Shown: positions 10,935-24,700 of the stretch, in pieces | Layout of the letters: every line of letters starts with the position of its first letter | Numbering within the stretch: the stretch's first letter is position 1 | Virus record (IMG/VR): IMGVR_UViG_3300024269_000017 | Length of the DNA: 64,000 nt | Origin: a virus | Lineage: Duplodnaviria; Heunggongvirae; Uroviricota; Caudoviricetes | Reading direction: 5' to 3' (one strand) | Made by a program: the position numbers and the translations under genes | The notes under the pieces: generated by a model | Told to the model about the DNA's origin: nothing | Databases searched by the model: none | The model's input: the letters and a program-made list of their open reading frames with translations, nothing else

Positions 10935-12152
10935 TTATCCTAAAGTAATTACGTAGTTTTCAGTTGGATCGAGAGCTGCTGGCTCATATACCCAAACTTT
11001 ATAGTCTACTGCCTGGTAACCGCTCTTGCCTTCAACTTGTACGTAATCCTCTTGAAGTTTGAACTCAGAAGTAATATCTGCGTTCTGACTGACAGGCATA
11101 GTAACTTTCTTAACACCAATAGAGCTTGTCGCAGGAATTGCAACAACTACCTTCGCGGCATTCGCCACTGAACTTGCCTCATATTGAGGCAATGTTTTTG
11201 CGGAAACTGCTGCATTACTATTTGTTAATTTTCTAATATTGGCAGAATTTAAGGCTGTACCTGCAGTCATTGCACCATAGAAAAATTGACGATAGCCATA
11301 AAGCTTACCGCTCTTAGCTGTTGCAGTTCCTTCTTTAATGCGATAGCCTGCAACTGCATTACCCAAATTATTAACAGGAATGTCACCTTGAGTATATTCT
11401 GCAGTAGCATTAATGTAATAAGCAGTATCATCAGTTACAGTCAAAGCTGGGAATGTACCAGTAGTTGCTGTCTGAGCAGTATTGCCAATGGTATCAGTGA
11501 CAGAATAAGTTGCAGTGACACCAGTTGGACTAGGACCATATTCATAAGAGCCTGGATTAAAAGTCAAAGTATAGCTTGGGGTCACAGTACTGCCAACTTC
11601 ATAGGCTTTGTTTTGTGCTGCGGCGATACTTAAACCTGGCTGAGTAACATCAGGATTTTCTGGTTGAGAGAACAACATTTCAAAAACTTCTTTAACATTT
11701 TTGCCTTGTGTTTGTACAACCTCAGAACCAGAAGCACCAATCTCAACATATCCTACGTCAGTAGTAAATGTTAAATTCTGGTCAAAATAAACGTTTTCAG
11801 CGTTATAATTGCCATCCATGGCTTTCCAGTGAATGCCGTCATAAACATAAGCTGTATGACTATAAGAATCACCAAAAAGTAATTCCTTAATTACACATAC
11901 ATCATTTTTAATGAGTGTGGCACCAGCAGTAACTCTTGCAATTGCTTCTTCCTTAGACTCAGTAAACACGCCATTTTCTTGAAGGCGTACGCCTTCATAA
12001 AAATTAGCTTGAGCTAAATTTTTTTCTCCTCGAAGCAATTCTCCGGTATCTGTTAAGAAGTATAATGCATTACTTTGTTTAGAAGCTAAAGCATTATATT
12101 CTGCTCGCGTACCAAATTTAAAGAGTACGGGACTATTAGTTGCCATAAGCAA
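10935..12152 (-). CDS. tail structural protein (405 aa)
   Basis: ORF track; TAA stop. Confidence 0.7.
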   Translation of the reverse strand: MLMATNSPVLFKFGTRAEYNALASKQSNALYFLTDTGELLRGEKNLAQANFYEGVRLQENGVFTESKEEAIARVTAGATLIKNDVCVIKELLFGDSYSHTAYVYDGIHWKAMDGNYNAENVYFDQNLTFTTDVGYVEIGASGSEVVQTQGKNVKEVFEMLFSQPENPDVTQPGLSIAAAQNKAYEVGSTVTPSYTLTFNPGSYEYGPSPTGVTATYSVTDTIGNTAQTATTGTFPALTVTDDTAYYINATAEYTQGDIPVNNLGNAVAGYRIKEGTATAKSGKLYGYRQFFYGAMTAGTALNSANIRKLTNSNAAVSAKTLPQYEASSVANAAKVVVAIPATSSIGVKKVTMPVSQNADITSEFKLQEDYVQVEGKSGYQAVDYKVWVYEPAALDPTENYVITLG

Positions 12153-12326
12153 TTTACCCCCTTCTTTATTATAAATAAAATGTTGAGCTACGCTCTTTTT
12201 TCTATCAAATTATGACTAATTCAATTATCTAATACAACCCATTTATGCAGCTGTATCATAAGTATAATCAATGAATAGATAAAGAGGATCGTCATTATCT
12301 AAAATGCGGTTTGCATTTAGAAAATT

Positions 12327-12632
12327 CTAAATTGAGTTAGCATCAAAGCGTAAGCTATAAATAGGTACTTGCATTACATTAGTGGTATCAAAAGACCACT
12401 TGCCTCGAGTATCTTCTTTATATAGACCATTCACGCGCGTGCTTAATGGAGTAGGAGTGTCATTTAAATAAAATTTAATTCCAAATACTCCTCCAGAGAT
12501 AGTTAAAGCTGAAATACGAATGGAACTATCAAACATAGAACCACTAATTAACATTTCTGCAGTTAAATTGGCAGGATAATTACGACTATCTCCATCTTTA
12601 ACATATCGCATTTGTTTTGTTTTTGTTGCCAT
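12327..12632 (-). CDS. small tail-associated protein (101 aa)
   Basis: ORF track; separate frame from neighbours. Confidence 0.5.
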   Translation of the reverse strand: MATKTKQMRYVKDGDSRNYPANLTAEMLISGSMFDSSIRISALTISGGVFGIKFYLNDTPTPLSTRVNGLYKEDTRGKWSFDTTNVMQVPIYSLRFDANSI

Positions 12633-12643
12633 AATATCCCTCC

Positions 12644-15343
12644 TTAGAAGATTCTATCTTCTGCTTTCGTAGCAGTGATATTCATAGTTCCATCATGAGA
12701 GAAAGAATAACTAAAAGATTTTACAAAATATTCTCCTCGAATTCCAGTTATATCATCTGAAACAGATATGCGCACATTTGGTTCAAAATAATAAACTGGC
12801 AAAGAATTTAAAGTAATAGTTTCTTGATAATAAGTATATTGATATACCATATTATCTAAAACTTCTTTAGCACTTTTTCCCTAGCCACTTAAAGTAAAAT
12901 AATTAAGTAATCCACCCACCAAATTTAATTTTACATAATTCAATGTAGATTCAGTTGGTTGAGTGTCTGTAGGATCAATAAACAATATTTCAGGAGTATC
13001 TCTAAAAAATATCGCTTTTACATCGTTATCATTAACAACTTTCGGCCGTCTACCGATTTTATCCATACGGTATTTCTCTAATTCGCTACCCTCGCCAATA
13101 AAATCAATCCAAAACAACAATTTACCTGGATCTTTAAAATATAAAGTATGTGGTAAATTATGTCCTTCACTATCAAGTTCAGCCTAACAGTAAATAATAT
13201 CGGGATGCCAATATTTATTCTCAAACCACTCATTATGTCGTTTAATACGATCTTCTTTTTCTGAATCAGTTAAAGAATTATCTTTTTCAATTTCACTAAT
13301 TGAACGATTATCATATACCAATCGCCAAAAGGCTAACATATCAGCATAACAATAATCATAACCAGTATTCCAAGTATTTTGCCATTTATCAATTAATTCA
13401 ATATGAGTACTACTCATAAATAAATCAGCATCGCTACCATCAGCAGCCGGAATTCCAAAAATCATTGAGCCTTTTTCTTGTAAATATTCAATAGACTTTC
13501 CAGTGTTTTTGTCTGTCATTTCTAAAACTGGATGTTTCCAAGATTTTTCATCAGCATCATAATAATAACATTTTGCGGGAACATTTAATTTAGCACCTGT
13601 TTTATATGGATAATATCCTTTATTCATGGCTAACGTTAATTGTTCTATATATGCAGAAGCTCTTGAATTATCATAGGCCATACGGTATAAAATTTCTCGC
13701 CAGTCCACAATCTAAAAATTATTAGTATCCCACTGTAAAGCATCTAAATTCACAGTAACTATAACTGTTTGATTAATATATTCAGGCTTTTCTGGGATAG
13801 TAATACCAAAATAATCAGAATATCGGCTACGACCATCAGCCAAGAAATATTGCCATTTATTAGAATAAGTTCCATCTCCATTGTCGACATATACCCAATG
13901 AAAAGAATAATAACCATTCAACTCAGTTGTGCCAAGAGTTTCTGTCATTGCAGATAAGAAATTCTCTTCATTAACAATAACATCATGACAATTAAGACCG
14001 TTATTGCGACCTGGCTCAAAATAAATCTTTTTCCCAATTTCGCCAAAACGCCAATTATCTTCTGTATAATAAGTGATACCATTAAATAAACAGAAATATT
14101 CTTGCGGTTTATTATCAATAGCATAACGTAAATGTATTGGTGCATCAGTTGAAGTTGTGCCCCATACAACAAAATCATTACGAATATTACTTAATAAAGG
14201 CTTATTTGCAAATGAGTTAATCAAAAAACCATTAATAAATTCATATTGAGTCTAAGTACTATTTAAACTATCATAATAAGTACTTTCACCTTCATTTGTA
14301 ATTGCACCATGCCAAGCAATATTATGATAAATACGCTTTCTTTGAAAAACAAATCTACCCCAAATATCATAGAAATATTCAAATTCACCAAGCATATTTA
14401 CAATAGCATCAAGAGCTTGTGTGACTGGACTACCAGCATTTACAATTAATTCACCTGGATAAGTAAGTTCTGTTTCACGATATCCTGCAGTATCACCATA
14501 TTCTACAAATTTAATAATACGATAATAAATTCCATTTAGTTCAAATGGCTCATAAGGAATATAGTAATCAGGATCATCTTCTGTAGCGCCTTCTTTTTTG
14601 GGTGCAGCTTGAATAAAATCATTAGCCAAAGCAGATCCTTCAAATACCATTTGACTAGTATAAAACTTAAAATCAGATGATGTAGAAATATCATAAATAA
14701 ATAAGCCTTTATCAGCTACTTTATAATCTAATAATTCTACTGCGCAATCATCTAAATCTGCAATTATAATATTTTCGTAAGATTCAAGAGCATAAGTGTG
14801 TACGGCGTCTCTGACAATTTCTTTGATAGCAATTTCTTTGCGGTAAGTGGTGCCATCACCATTAATAATTTCAATATCACTAAAGCTGTGATCGGCAAAT
14901 AAACTTCCTCCAATTGAACCATCTAACATGCACATTTTATCTTTTCCCTAAATAGAAATTGATAATCCAGATGTATTGGAGGTCTAAGAGAAAGAAGTAA
15001 TAATAAATACTCCCTGTTGAAACCAAATAATTTCATCATGAATTGTATCAATGTAGTTTCGTAATCCAATTAAAACCGCAAATTTAGTATGTAATCCCCA
15101 ATAAATTTCATTTAATTCTGAATTGGTATTATCTGTTGTAATATTGAGGCTGCAAGTGCGGCGGGTGGCTGAAGAGCCATCCACAGAAATATTGCCAGAT
15201 ACAATATTACCGGTAATTTCTGCGATGGCTCGTTCATCCCAGTCTAATGAAATTAATTTAGCAAATACTTCACGTTGAGTATAATTATCTAACTGCTTTA
15301 AAAAGACATTATCTAAAGAAGCTTGAGAAGTACCAATAAACAT
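12644..15343 (-). CDS. ~899-codon baseplate/tail structural gene read through 5 in-frame TAG codons
   Basis: six ORF-track fragments (12644-12850, 12881-13120, 13184-13708, 13712-14224, 14252-14935, 14984-15343) share one frame; every separating codon is TAG (checked at 12881, 13184, 13712, 14252, 14984); gaps contain no TAA/TGA; GGAGGTAG RBS before ATG at 15341-43; TAA stop. Confidence 0.6.
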
Positions 15344-15657
15344 TATCTAACTACCTCCACTTCTTTTTCTTCCTCTTCAAGGACTTGTCGTAAATAATTA
15401 TTCAAACGGTCACGATTAACAAGCCAATTTAACCGCAATGTTTCAACATCATTCTCAGAAATAATTTGTGGATAAGCCTAAACATAAATTCTATATCCAC
15501 CTTGATAATAGTTTTCCACTTGAATTGCATTAATTTCAATCATTTGTCGATTATTAAATATATAGAAGAAATTATAATTCTCAATATCACCCAATGGTTT
15601 ATTAATGTTTTCTGGGTCTGCTATTACAGTAAAATTAAAGCGAGCTGCCAAATAATC
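15342..15657 (-). CDS. small ORF (~100 aa) between two large tail genes; start codon unclear; one in-frame TAG
   Basis: open frame ending in TAA that overlaps the next ATG (TAATG coupling); no convincing ATG/RBS, so start could be TTG or a frameshift product. Confidence 0.25.
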
Positions 15658-18351
15658 TTCATAAGCTCGTAACTCAAGCTTTGTTAAATTATCTTTATCA
15701 CCATATTGTTCTTCTAATGTATAAGTTCTAGTTTCAGCTTTGCAATAAACATATACCTAAATACCAGATTGAACTCTTAAATCTAAATCTCCATGAACAT
15801 TCAATGGTAAATTATAGAAATAATGAGCTAAACCATTATCCTCATTATTATCTGTAAATAATGCTTCTGCATCAAAAGCTGTTGAACCAAACAGTACATA
15901 AGTACCATATTCAATCTCTTCAAAATCCGCGTCTGTAACAGCTGGATATTGTCCTGTTGTAGGATCCACAATACCATGTGCAGGATTTGGAATATATCTC
16001 CAATAAGTATTATCACTTTTACGCAATAAAATACTATTACCATATTGTAATGCTGCAGGCCAATTACCATAATTTAAATCATTATTCCAAACATAAGATA
16101 ATTTCTTTACGCCACATTCGTAAATTGGAATTGAGCGATATTGAATATATACAATACTTGGAATAGTTGCTTTTAAGCCATTCCAGCCTTCAAATAGATT
16201 TCGACTAAAAACACCAGATTTAGTTTCATAAATTTTTTCTTTTGTAATAGGATCTAAGGCGTATGAACCATCTGCCTCTAACTTATATTCATCAATATCA
16301 TAAGTATATAGTTCTTGTTTTTCAGTTAGACCATATAATCCATATCCTACATAAGTCTGAGCATGAATATCTTGAATGGCTTCAAGATTATCTTCGTCTA
16401 TATTTTCAACTGTTAAAATTAAATATCCTTTTACCAAACTTAAAATATCTGGAGGATTAATATATCGTAATGGCGCGGTTGAATAAGTATCTAGTTCTAA
16501 TTCATAAGTGCCAGTTTTATTAATGGCAAAATTATATTCTCCCCACTCAAAGCTCATACCATATGTGCTTGCTTTATTTATTGTATTTGTAGGATCTAAA
16601 TCATAAATAAATTCAATCTTGCGACATCCAGCACCTTCTGTTAAATCATATTCAGAAAATTCTTTTGAATTTTTCATTACTCTTGCAAGATCGCTTAAAG
16701 AAATTGTTTTTTTCATATCAATATGAACGATTTCGTCTTGAGCATTTAATAAAGAATAATTCGCAAGTGTACTAATATTAAATTTATCTACCTCTGATGC
16801 AGTACAAGAAAAGCTATGTAACATTCTACTTATGGTATCATTAGGAGTCAGACTAACGTTGGTTAATCGAACAATATAACTACCTTCTTGTGGAGATTTA
16901 AATAATTTAATCTTACCATTATTTAGCCATTCTAAAACGGCTAACTTAAATTTCCGCTCATAAGTGAAATTTTCGTCTGTAAGGGCAGTACCAGGTTCAA
17001 TGAATGCACTGCGGATAAGAGTCTTATCTTCTTTAGTTCCAAACCATTCAAGGTCATCGCCAGTAAGAATCCAACTTTTATCAAGATCAGTTTTTTTCAT
17101 AAATAATTGATCATTATCCATATGATATGAAATTAAACCATTAATTGGAAACTCTTTATAATTTAAAATACCATTTCGTAAAATAAAAGGATATTGTCTA
17201 CCAAGCGTAGTTTTTTTAGTTTCAGATAAAACTGACTTAAAAGAAGAAATTTTTGGATTAAAACGAATACGCAATTGTTTGTCACCATCATACAGAAAAG
17301 CATCTTCAAATACTGGAATTGTTAAATTAGCAGTAGATACTCTCTTAGAATAAATATTGCGTGAATTTACTTTTTGCAAAGAATACATATACTTTGCACC
17401 AGATTCAATAGCATAATCAATATACTGATAACTACGAGTTTTTGATAATGCCATATTAATAGGAAGTTCTGCAATCGTTTCCCAAAGTCGATTTTCGCTC
17501 TAAAAGTCTTGTCTACAAATAACAAAATTACCAATTAGAGGATATTCTTCTATTTTATTTTCTATTAAATATTTTGATTCAGGATAAATATGTAGAATTA
17601 CACGAGCATTTTCATTATCTACCTCTGTAGCTAAATATACATTTAATGTACTAATAGTGACTGTGGTTTGGGTAATTTCATAATTAACAGTATTTACTAC
17701 TAATCCATTATTAGTAATAATGCTGTACTATACTCGATAAATTTCGCCTTCTGTTAAATTAAATGTTAAAATACATTCATCTGAAGAAGCATCTAAATCG
17801 GTATCAGTTTGAGTATTATGAATTAACCATCCAGTATTTTGTAATTCTGCACCTTCACTATTAGAAAAAATAAAACGATATTGATATACTTTTTCTGATT
17901 CATCCTCATTCTGATAAGTGCCAATAAAAGATGTGTGTGAAATTGCAGTAATTGATTGCATATTTAAACCAGCAATTTCTACGATTGGCTTTGATGTATA
18001 TTTTACAATAGCAACAGTAGAATAATATCCATCATTACCTGCTTGATCAACATATGCTAATTGAACTTTATAAAAATTACCTACAACAAGTTTTGCCACA
18101 ATGTCCTCTGTCAAGTCATAAATTACAGAACGATTTTGGGCGTCATCTCCATATTTTTGAGAGAAAAGATTTGCAATAACAATATCTGTAGATGTTGTTT
18201 TTAAGCGAAGTCGCATTCCCTTAACTGCGGCGTTACTTACTGTAACATTCATAGAAAAAGGGACCTCTAATGAGGTCCCCGTGTTCGTAGTATAAAATGA
18301 GGGAATGGTGCCCGCTATATTTGGTGGATATAAGCGGTTAATTGCGGCCAT
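15658..18351 (-). CDS. ~897-codon tail structural gene with in-frame TAGs at 17728, 17500 and 15757; TGA stop
   Basis: ORFs 15757-17454 and 17728-18351 are in frame; the 273-nt gap stepped by hand contains only TAG codons; frame continues past TAG 15757 to TGA at 15658-60. Confidence 0.55.
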
Positions 18352-18353
18352 TC

Positions 18354-18740
18354 TTACTCCTCCTCAATAAGCATTTCCAAAGCAAGTAATTGTTTGGGGG
18401 TAAATTCCATATTTTCAATAAGTGCAAGAGGAATCTTACGAAGCTCAAGATCTGCAGTAAAATCATTTAGATCTTGACGAGCTTTACGACATTCTTCTTC
18501 CTTGCCTTCTTGAATAGCAAAAACGCCAGGAGCATTCTGAACAAATTCTTGCTTTTCAGCATCAAACTTCAAATATTCAAGAGCAAACTTGCGCTCTTGG
18601 TCAATATAAAACTCTTCTTCTTTCTTAAGCGCAGTAAGATTCTTTGCAATAATCATACCAAGCTTAAAAGGAACTTTAGAATCTTGAAGTTCTTCAAGAC
18701 CTCGCATAAGAGTATCAATTTGAGTATAATTAAGTGTCAT
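18354..18740 (-). CDS. hypothetical protein (128 aa)
   Basis: ORF track; GGAGAAAAAGG RBS; TAA stop. Confidence 0.6.
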   Translation of the reverse strand: MTLNYTQIDTLMRGLEELQDSKVPFKLGMIIAKNLTALKKEEEFYIDQERKFALEYLKFDAEKQEFVQNAPGVFAIQEGKEEECRKARQDLNDFTADLELRKIPLALIENMEFTPKQLLALEMLIEEE

Positions 18741-18765
18741 AATCCTTTTTCTCCTTTATATATGA

Positions 18766-21700
18766 TTAATAGTAAGATTCCCATCCTGAAGAGGGAGTTG
18801 ATTCCTAAGCAGGAAAGAATGTACTAGCAGTATAACTTGATGGCGAATATGAATGAGAGGCTGGGGTATATGAATGTGATGAAGCTGTATAATTACAAGT
18901 TCCATCTGCATTTTTGCTATGTGAAGAAGCTTTATAATAATGGCTTGCTGCCGTATAACTATGTGACTCTTGAGTATATGAAGAAGCAGTATATTGAGTG
19001 TCTGCTTCACATTGAGCAAAACCCGCACTATAACCAGCTTTATATGCCGCCGCGATTTGGTCCATATGATATTTCGTGGCGGCAATATTAAAAGAATCGG
19101 ATACTGTTGCCCCCGCGATAGTTAAAGAATAAACAATAGATCCGCCCTCTGCACTCATTGTAAAACCGCCCTCACCAAAAATTTCAGGCTCATCTGTTAA
19201 GTCAACCTATTTTCCTGCGATTGTCAAAGAGCCAGTTAATTTTCCACTGCTTGTACCCATAGTCCAAGCCCCATCTTCAAAAATGGGTTGTCCAGCATCT
19301 TCTCCCATAGAAGTATCAGCACCAACTGTACCAATCTATACGGAAGCTTTTAATTTACCTTCTGAAATTTCATAATTTAATACGTGTCCATGCTCCGCTA
19401 AAGCAAGAGCGGTACCTTCACCGACAGTTGCGCCAGGAGTATTACCATTGCCGTTAAAACTCTCCTGCAACATTTTTCCATAAATACTCTATAATTCAAT
19501 GGAAATAATCGCAGAGCCATCTCCTCCAGCAGGGTCAACACGTAAATTTGCTTGACCAACAGCCTTAGCTAAAGCATTTTTAGCTTTCTTTAAAGCTTCA
19601 ATTGCTTTATTCATTGCCGCAGCAGCTAAGTTGTTAGCAGCAACAATTTTTGGATAAACTTCTTCACAAAGAATTCTATTTACCCAAGCTTGAGTTGCAA
19701 CCAATGAAGGAGTAGGTGTTCTTGATTCATTATTATCATCAAGCATAAAAATTACTCCTCCATAAATGGAGCCATCAACATCAAGATTTTTAGTAAATCT
19801 AGCAGATTCACCATAAATATTCCACTAATAAAGATAACCTAAATCGGCTCCACGAGGAACAATTGTAACATTGCTGCCAATAGATTCTCCGCCAGAACCA
19901 AGATAGACATTAAATCCCATACCTTTAGCATCATGATACACAGCAAATAAACCCGCTCCACCAAGCTGTAAAGTTTCATCTGATTGCGCATCTGTTAATT
20001 CTACTGAAGTGTGGAATGTACCAGTAAAATTAGTTAACCAAACCAAACCATCACTGTCTGGAGGAGTTACAATATCTGAGTCATCTTGAGAAAAATCTGG
20101 GAAACCACTTAAATCAAAAGGAATAATTGTTCCTTCTGCGGCATAATTATCATCTTTACTACCTTTTGTAAATTCAGTGGTTCGTTTATATTCTTCACCC
20201 ATTTCATATGCACGTGGCATAATGAAATTAGTATTTGTATCTTCTTTATAAGTCAAACCTTGTAAATGAATTGCTGCAAGATATAAATTACCTTCAACCA
20301 ACTCTTCTGTTACTGCAATATCTTCCGAAAGATCAGTAAAAACACCCTGACTTTCAGTCGAAATACCACAATAAATAGAAGCAGTTTCTCCATCAATTTG
20401 AACTTGACCTTTAGAGAAATAAGCACTACCATTATTGCCACTGATAAAGCTTTTTGGAATTGGGAATGGATCTTCTCCTGTTGCTTTTTCTAAACCAAAA
20501 CCAATATCACCTGTAGTAAAATTGATTAACATATTATAATATGTTGGTTCAGCAATTAACTCAATACCTTCATCTTCAGTAGATAAACCCATCCAACCAT
20601 ATCGGCCACTAATAATCATTTTACCTTTCATAAAGGCAATAAATGAATCATGACCATTTAAGTTAATCCAGTCACCATTATGCTCGCCATCTCCTTGATC
20701 TCTAAAACCAGAAGGCATTCCATTTTCATCAGTAAAATCATCATAAAATTTACGATAACCTTGAGCTTGGCCTCCACCAAAATTTCTATCGGTTGCATAA
20801 ATTTCATAATCATTAATATACCAATTACCAATGGTTGCATATTTGGTGTATAGATAACCATCAGATCTAATACCTGTCTAAATAACATTATCTTCATTTG
20901 CAAAAGATGCAGTAAAGAAATTCTCTGGAACAGGTAAAACTTCAGTGGTTCCATCTTTATATTCTTTGGTATAAGAAGTAACTTCTTCTCCATTTAAAGT
21001 ATATGTAGGATTTGGAATAAAAGAACCATTTGACAAGTTCTTTTCTGGATTTCCTAAAAATATTCTACCAAAAATATTCTTCTATGTCAAGCCATAGTCA
21101 CTAATAACCCATGGATAATCTTTACCGATACGACCATATCTAGCAAAAATACCACCAGTTGTAACTACGCCATAATTTGGGTCTACTAAGAAATAATCAT
21201 GATCTTCATCATTCATAAATTCATCTACCCATAGTAGTTCTTCATGATGACTCCAATCTTGCATCCAACTTAATGTTTTATCCGCCAATTCATCGCAAAA
21301 TGTTGAAATACGTCTTGGTGTCTATGTATATAAGAAAAATTGTGAAATACTTTGATTACCAATAGCATCCCATGCTTGATTACTAATTACATAACCACCA
21401 TTTTCATCTTCTGTCAGATAATCCAATAAACGACGAGGATTTAAATTAATATAACAAGTCTAAGTTGAATTACTAATTAAAGCGTTTCGTCCATCAAAAT
21501 GGATACGTCCTTCACCAGATGGACCAATAAAACCAGTGCCATCAGTTTTAAATCCAAAAGACTGTTGTCCTGCATTGAATCCGTATAGGCCAGGAGTATC
21601 TAATGATTCATCGCCTTTTTCATGCCAGTCACCCATCATAACACCGGTAAAACGATTGCGCTGATCTTTTGTGCCTGCTGCAATCATTTTTGCAATAATC

Positions 21701-24700
21701 GCACTGTTCTCATAATCAAGAGATAGACTCTAACCATCCCACTCATTAACAAGAGAAGAAGGATAAAGGTTCTGCGCAAATGCGATACCCTGCGCGACTG
21801 TTGTGGTACCATCCATAAAATATATATAAGTAAAATACTCATCTGTTAATAAATCTTCTGTCCATTGTTGTGCATAAGCCGAAGGATCTGCTACATGAGT
21901 ATTTAATTGTTGCGCGGAAAAACCTAACGCATAAGAAGTTTGATTTGCTTTACTTACAGAAGTTCCATTTGGTAAAGTAAATACTGGATATTCAGCCTCT
22001 TTTTCAATTAAGCGTAATACTTTTGTTTGATTGATCTACCATGTTGGATAAATCAATTCATTCATATAATCATATGTTTCGCCGGTTTCTTCAGAAGTAT
22101 CAGATCCAGTAATAATTTTTTGTACTTCAAATACATTTGATGCATAAATTGGTGCTTGACCGTCAGATCTAAATTCTACACGATCTGGACACACAATATC
22201 ATGCGTTTGCATATATTGAGCACTGTTACTTACTAAAATACCTTTTCGGACTGTAATATCATATTCTGCCGCACCAGATACCGTAACCTCAACAACAAAA
22301 GGATAAGGTTGTGTAATGCGGCCACGGATAACATTGCCAATAAAATCTTTATAATTTAGATGGTCTCTATCATCTTTTGGTTTATATGCAGTACCATAAT
22401 ATTTCCAAGTGAATTCGCACTTTGCTCTTTCATCCAATGGTAATAATTGACCTTTACGATCATATACTAAACAGTAGATTTCAAATTCACTTGCGGTATC
22501 AACATAATAATTGCCAGCAGGTTCACTAATGGTAATAACAGGAGTATATTCACAACCAAAAGCTCCTGCTCGTCCAAAAATTAGTTCTTTCTTAATAGAA
22601 AAAGAACCCATACCATCAATATCAATTGTAGCACTAATTTCATTGTCATTATATCGCACATTATGAATAGCATCAATATAAAAATAGCGAGTTGCTTTTT
22701 TATCTAATTCAAATAAATGATCTGAACGATGATTCCAATATGCAATATCTCGTGCGTTATCATCAAGCATTCCCCATGCTCTAATCATAGTAAAACTTTC
22801 TGGGAATTGCCAAGTAATATTAAAATTCGGTTTATTACCATCTCGATCAGTGTACTCGCTTAAACGAACATAAGCGGCATCTTTGTCTGCATATACGTAA
22901 TCTGAAGCAAGATTTCTACGATCCTCTTCAACTTTGATCCAAGGTTCAATATAGTATTGCACATCTGAGAATAAAATATTATCATCATTAGCTAATACAT
23001 TATTATTTTCATTATATACAAAGAAATTACCAACAGTGTCATCGGGAACAAGAGTTTCAGATTCTCTTGGCGCTAATCTATGAGTATCAGTTAAAAGTTC
23101 CATTTTACCTGTTGTAGTTGTAAAGAAATAACCTTTACCAGTAGGTAATTTTTCTGAACAGGAACCAACCAAGTTTCCACGAGAATCATATACGTCATAG
23201 CCAGATGGTTTCAATAACGCACAACGTAATACAACTTTATCATTGCGCGCCAAATTGGCAATATCGCTCTCAATCGTTGTGTTATAATTCTAAAAAATAA
23301 ATACATTACTTGTAGTATATGTATTATTAAAATGAATTACAACCTTGTAGCGCTCTTTTGCTTTATTTATATCGGGAGTAACAACAAAATTAATTGGAGT
23401 ATTTTCATCATATTCTACATCAGCATCTGTTCCAATAGGGCGCCAATAATTACCACCGAAACGATGAGATGGAATTTCTGAATTATACTCGGGATGCTCT
23501 GGCGCCCATTCAGGATCATATCTATACCAATATGTTTTTGCTTCTAATTCTTCTAATCTTGAATATGTATCAATTAGTTCAAGAGTGTTATCTACTTTAT
23601 GAACCCATGCGGCATAAAGAGTACGATCAGGTTTACGCACTGCCTCATTCTCAGGGTCTGCGCCATATGTAACTACATCATATGTATATAATGTAATTGT
23701 TTCCTCTTGCATTTCCTCAACAGAAAGTCCAAGCAAACAATGTAAATTATTAAAAATAATATTTTTTAACTCTGCACTTCGACCAGTGGCTTCTCCAAAC
23801 TAAACATAGATTTCGTTAATACGAATCTTTTTTTCTTCTTCTGAAAGACTTGTATCATCTTCTACGGCTTTAATCTAAGCCATAAAATCTTCTTTAATAG
23901 TTTCTATGTCTTGAGATCCCCAAGGGATTGGATTACCATATTCATCAATAAATTTATGATCTTGCCAAAACCATACGTCAATACTATCAATAGAATTGGT
24001 AAATTTAGAGATGTCCACAACGATTTGTTGTGTTGAGGCTAAAGTATAAGCATATGGATTACCGTACATATTATTGTTAGTAAAGTAATATTCTTGTGTT
24101 AAAGTTTCAATAGCACCAGAAGTTTTATCTTCAGTGCCTTGACCTCTTACACAAATACGTAATCCATATTCACCAGATTGAGGTCTAAAAGTATGTAGAA
24201 GTGTAGTAACATCAACTTCTAAACCCAATTTTGTGGCACAAATAGGACGTTTTTCAATGTTTTCCCAATGCCATACATGATCTTCGGATATTGGGAATGT
24301 TTCATTCGCAACATCCATAATAAGCGTTTGTTCTTCTCCATGATAAGGACAATTAGCCCAATAACCAACTTCCTACATTGGCGTATTATATGATAAATTA
24401 TATAATCCCACAAAATCATCAAAAGGAAGTTTGAGATTATATATGCTCTATTCATCTTCAGTATTAATTTTTAAACCAATAATAAATTTTTGAAGATTAA
24501 AATCACCATTTGGGATTTGTACATAAACTTGCTGACCTGCACTATATACTTCTCCCTATTTAGCATAAGCATCAAAAACTGCGTCTTGGCTTTTTACTTT
24601 ATAGACACCAGTGCGAGCACCTTTATCATCAAGATAAACCTCAATGATTTTACACTCTTTGGTAATATCAAAATTTTGCTTTGATACGACTCCAGTTACA

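Noticed and set aside
18756-20993. Alternative-frame minus ORFs 18756-19085, 20658-20993, 24219-24455, 24792-25088
   Set aside because: They overlap the consistent TAG-containing frame of the large tail genes, have His/Leu-rich nonsense-like composition and no RBS.
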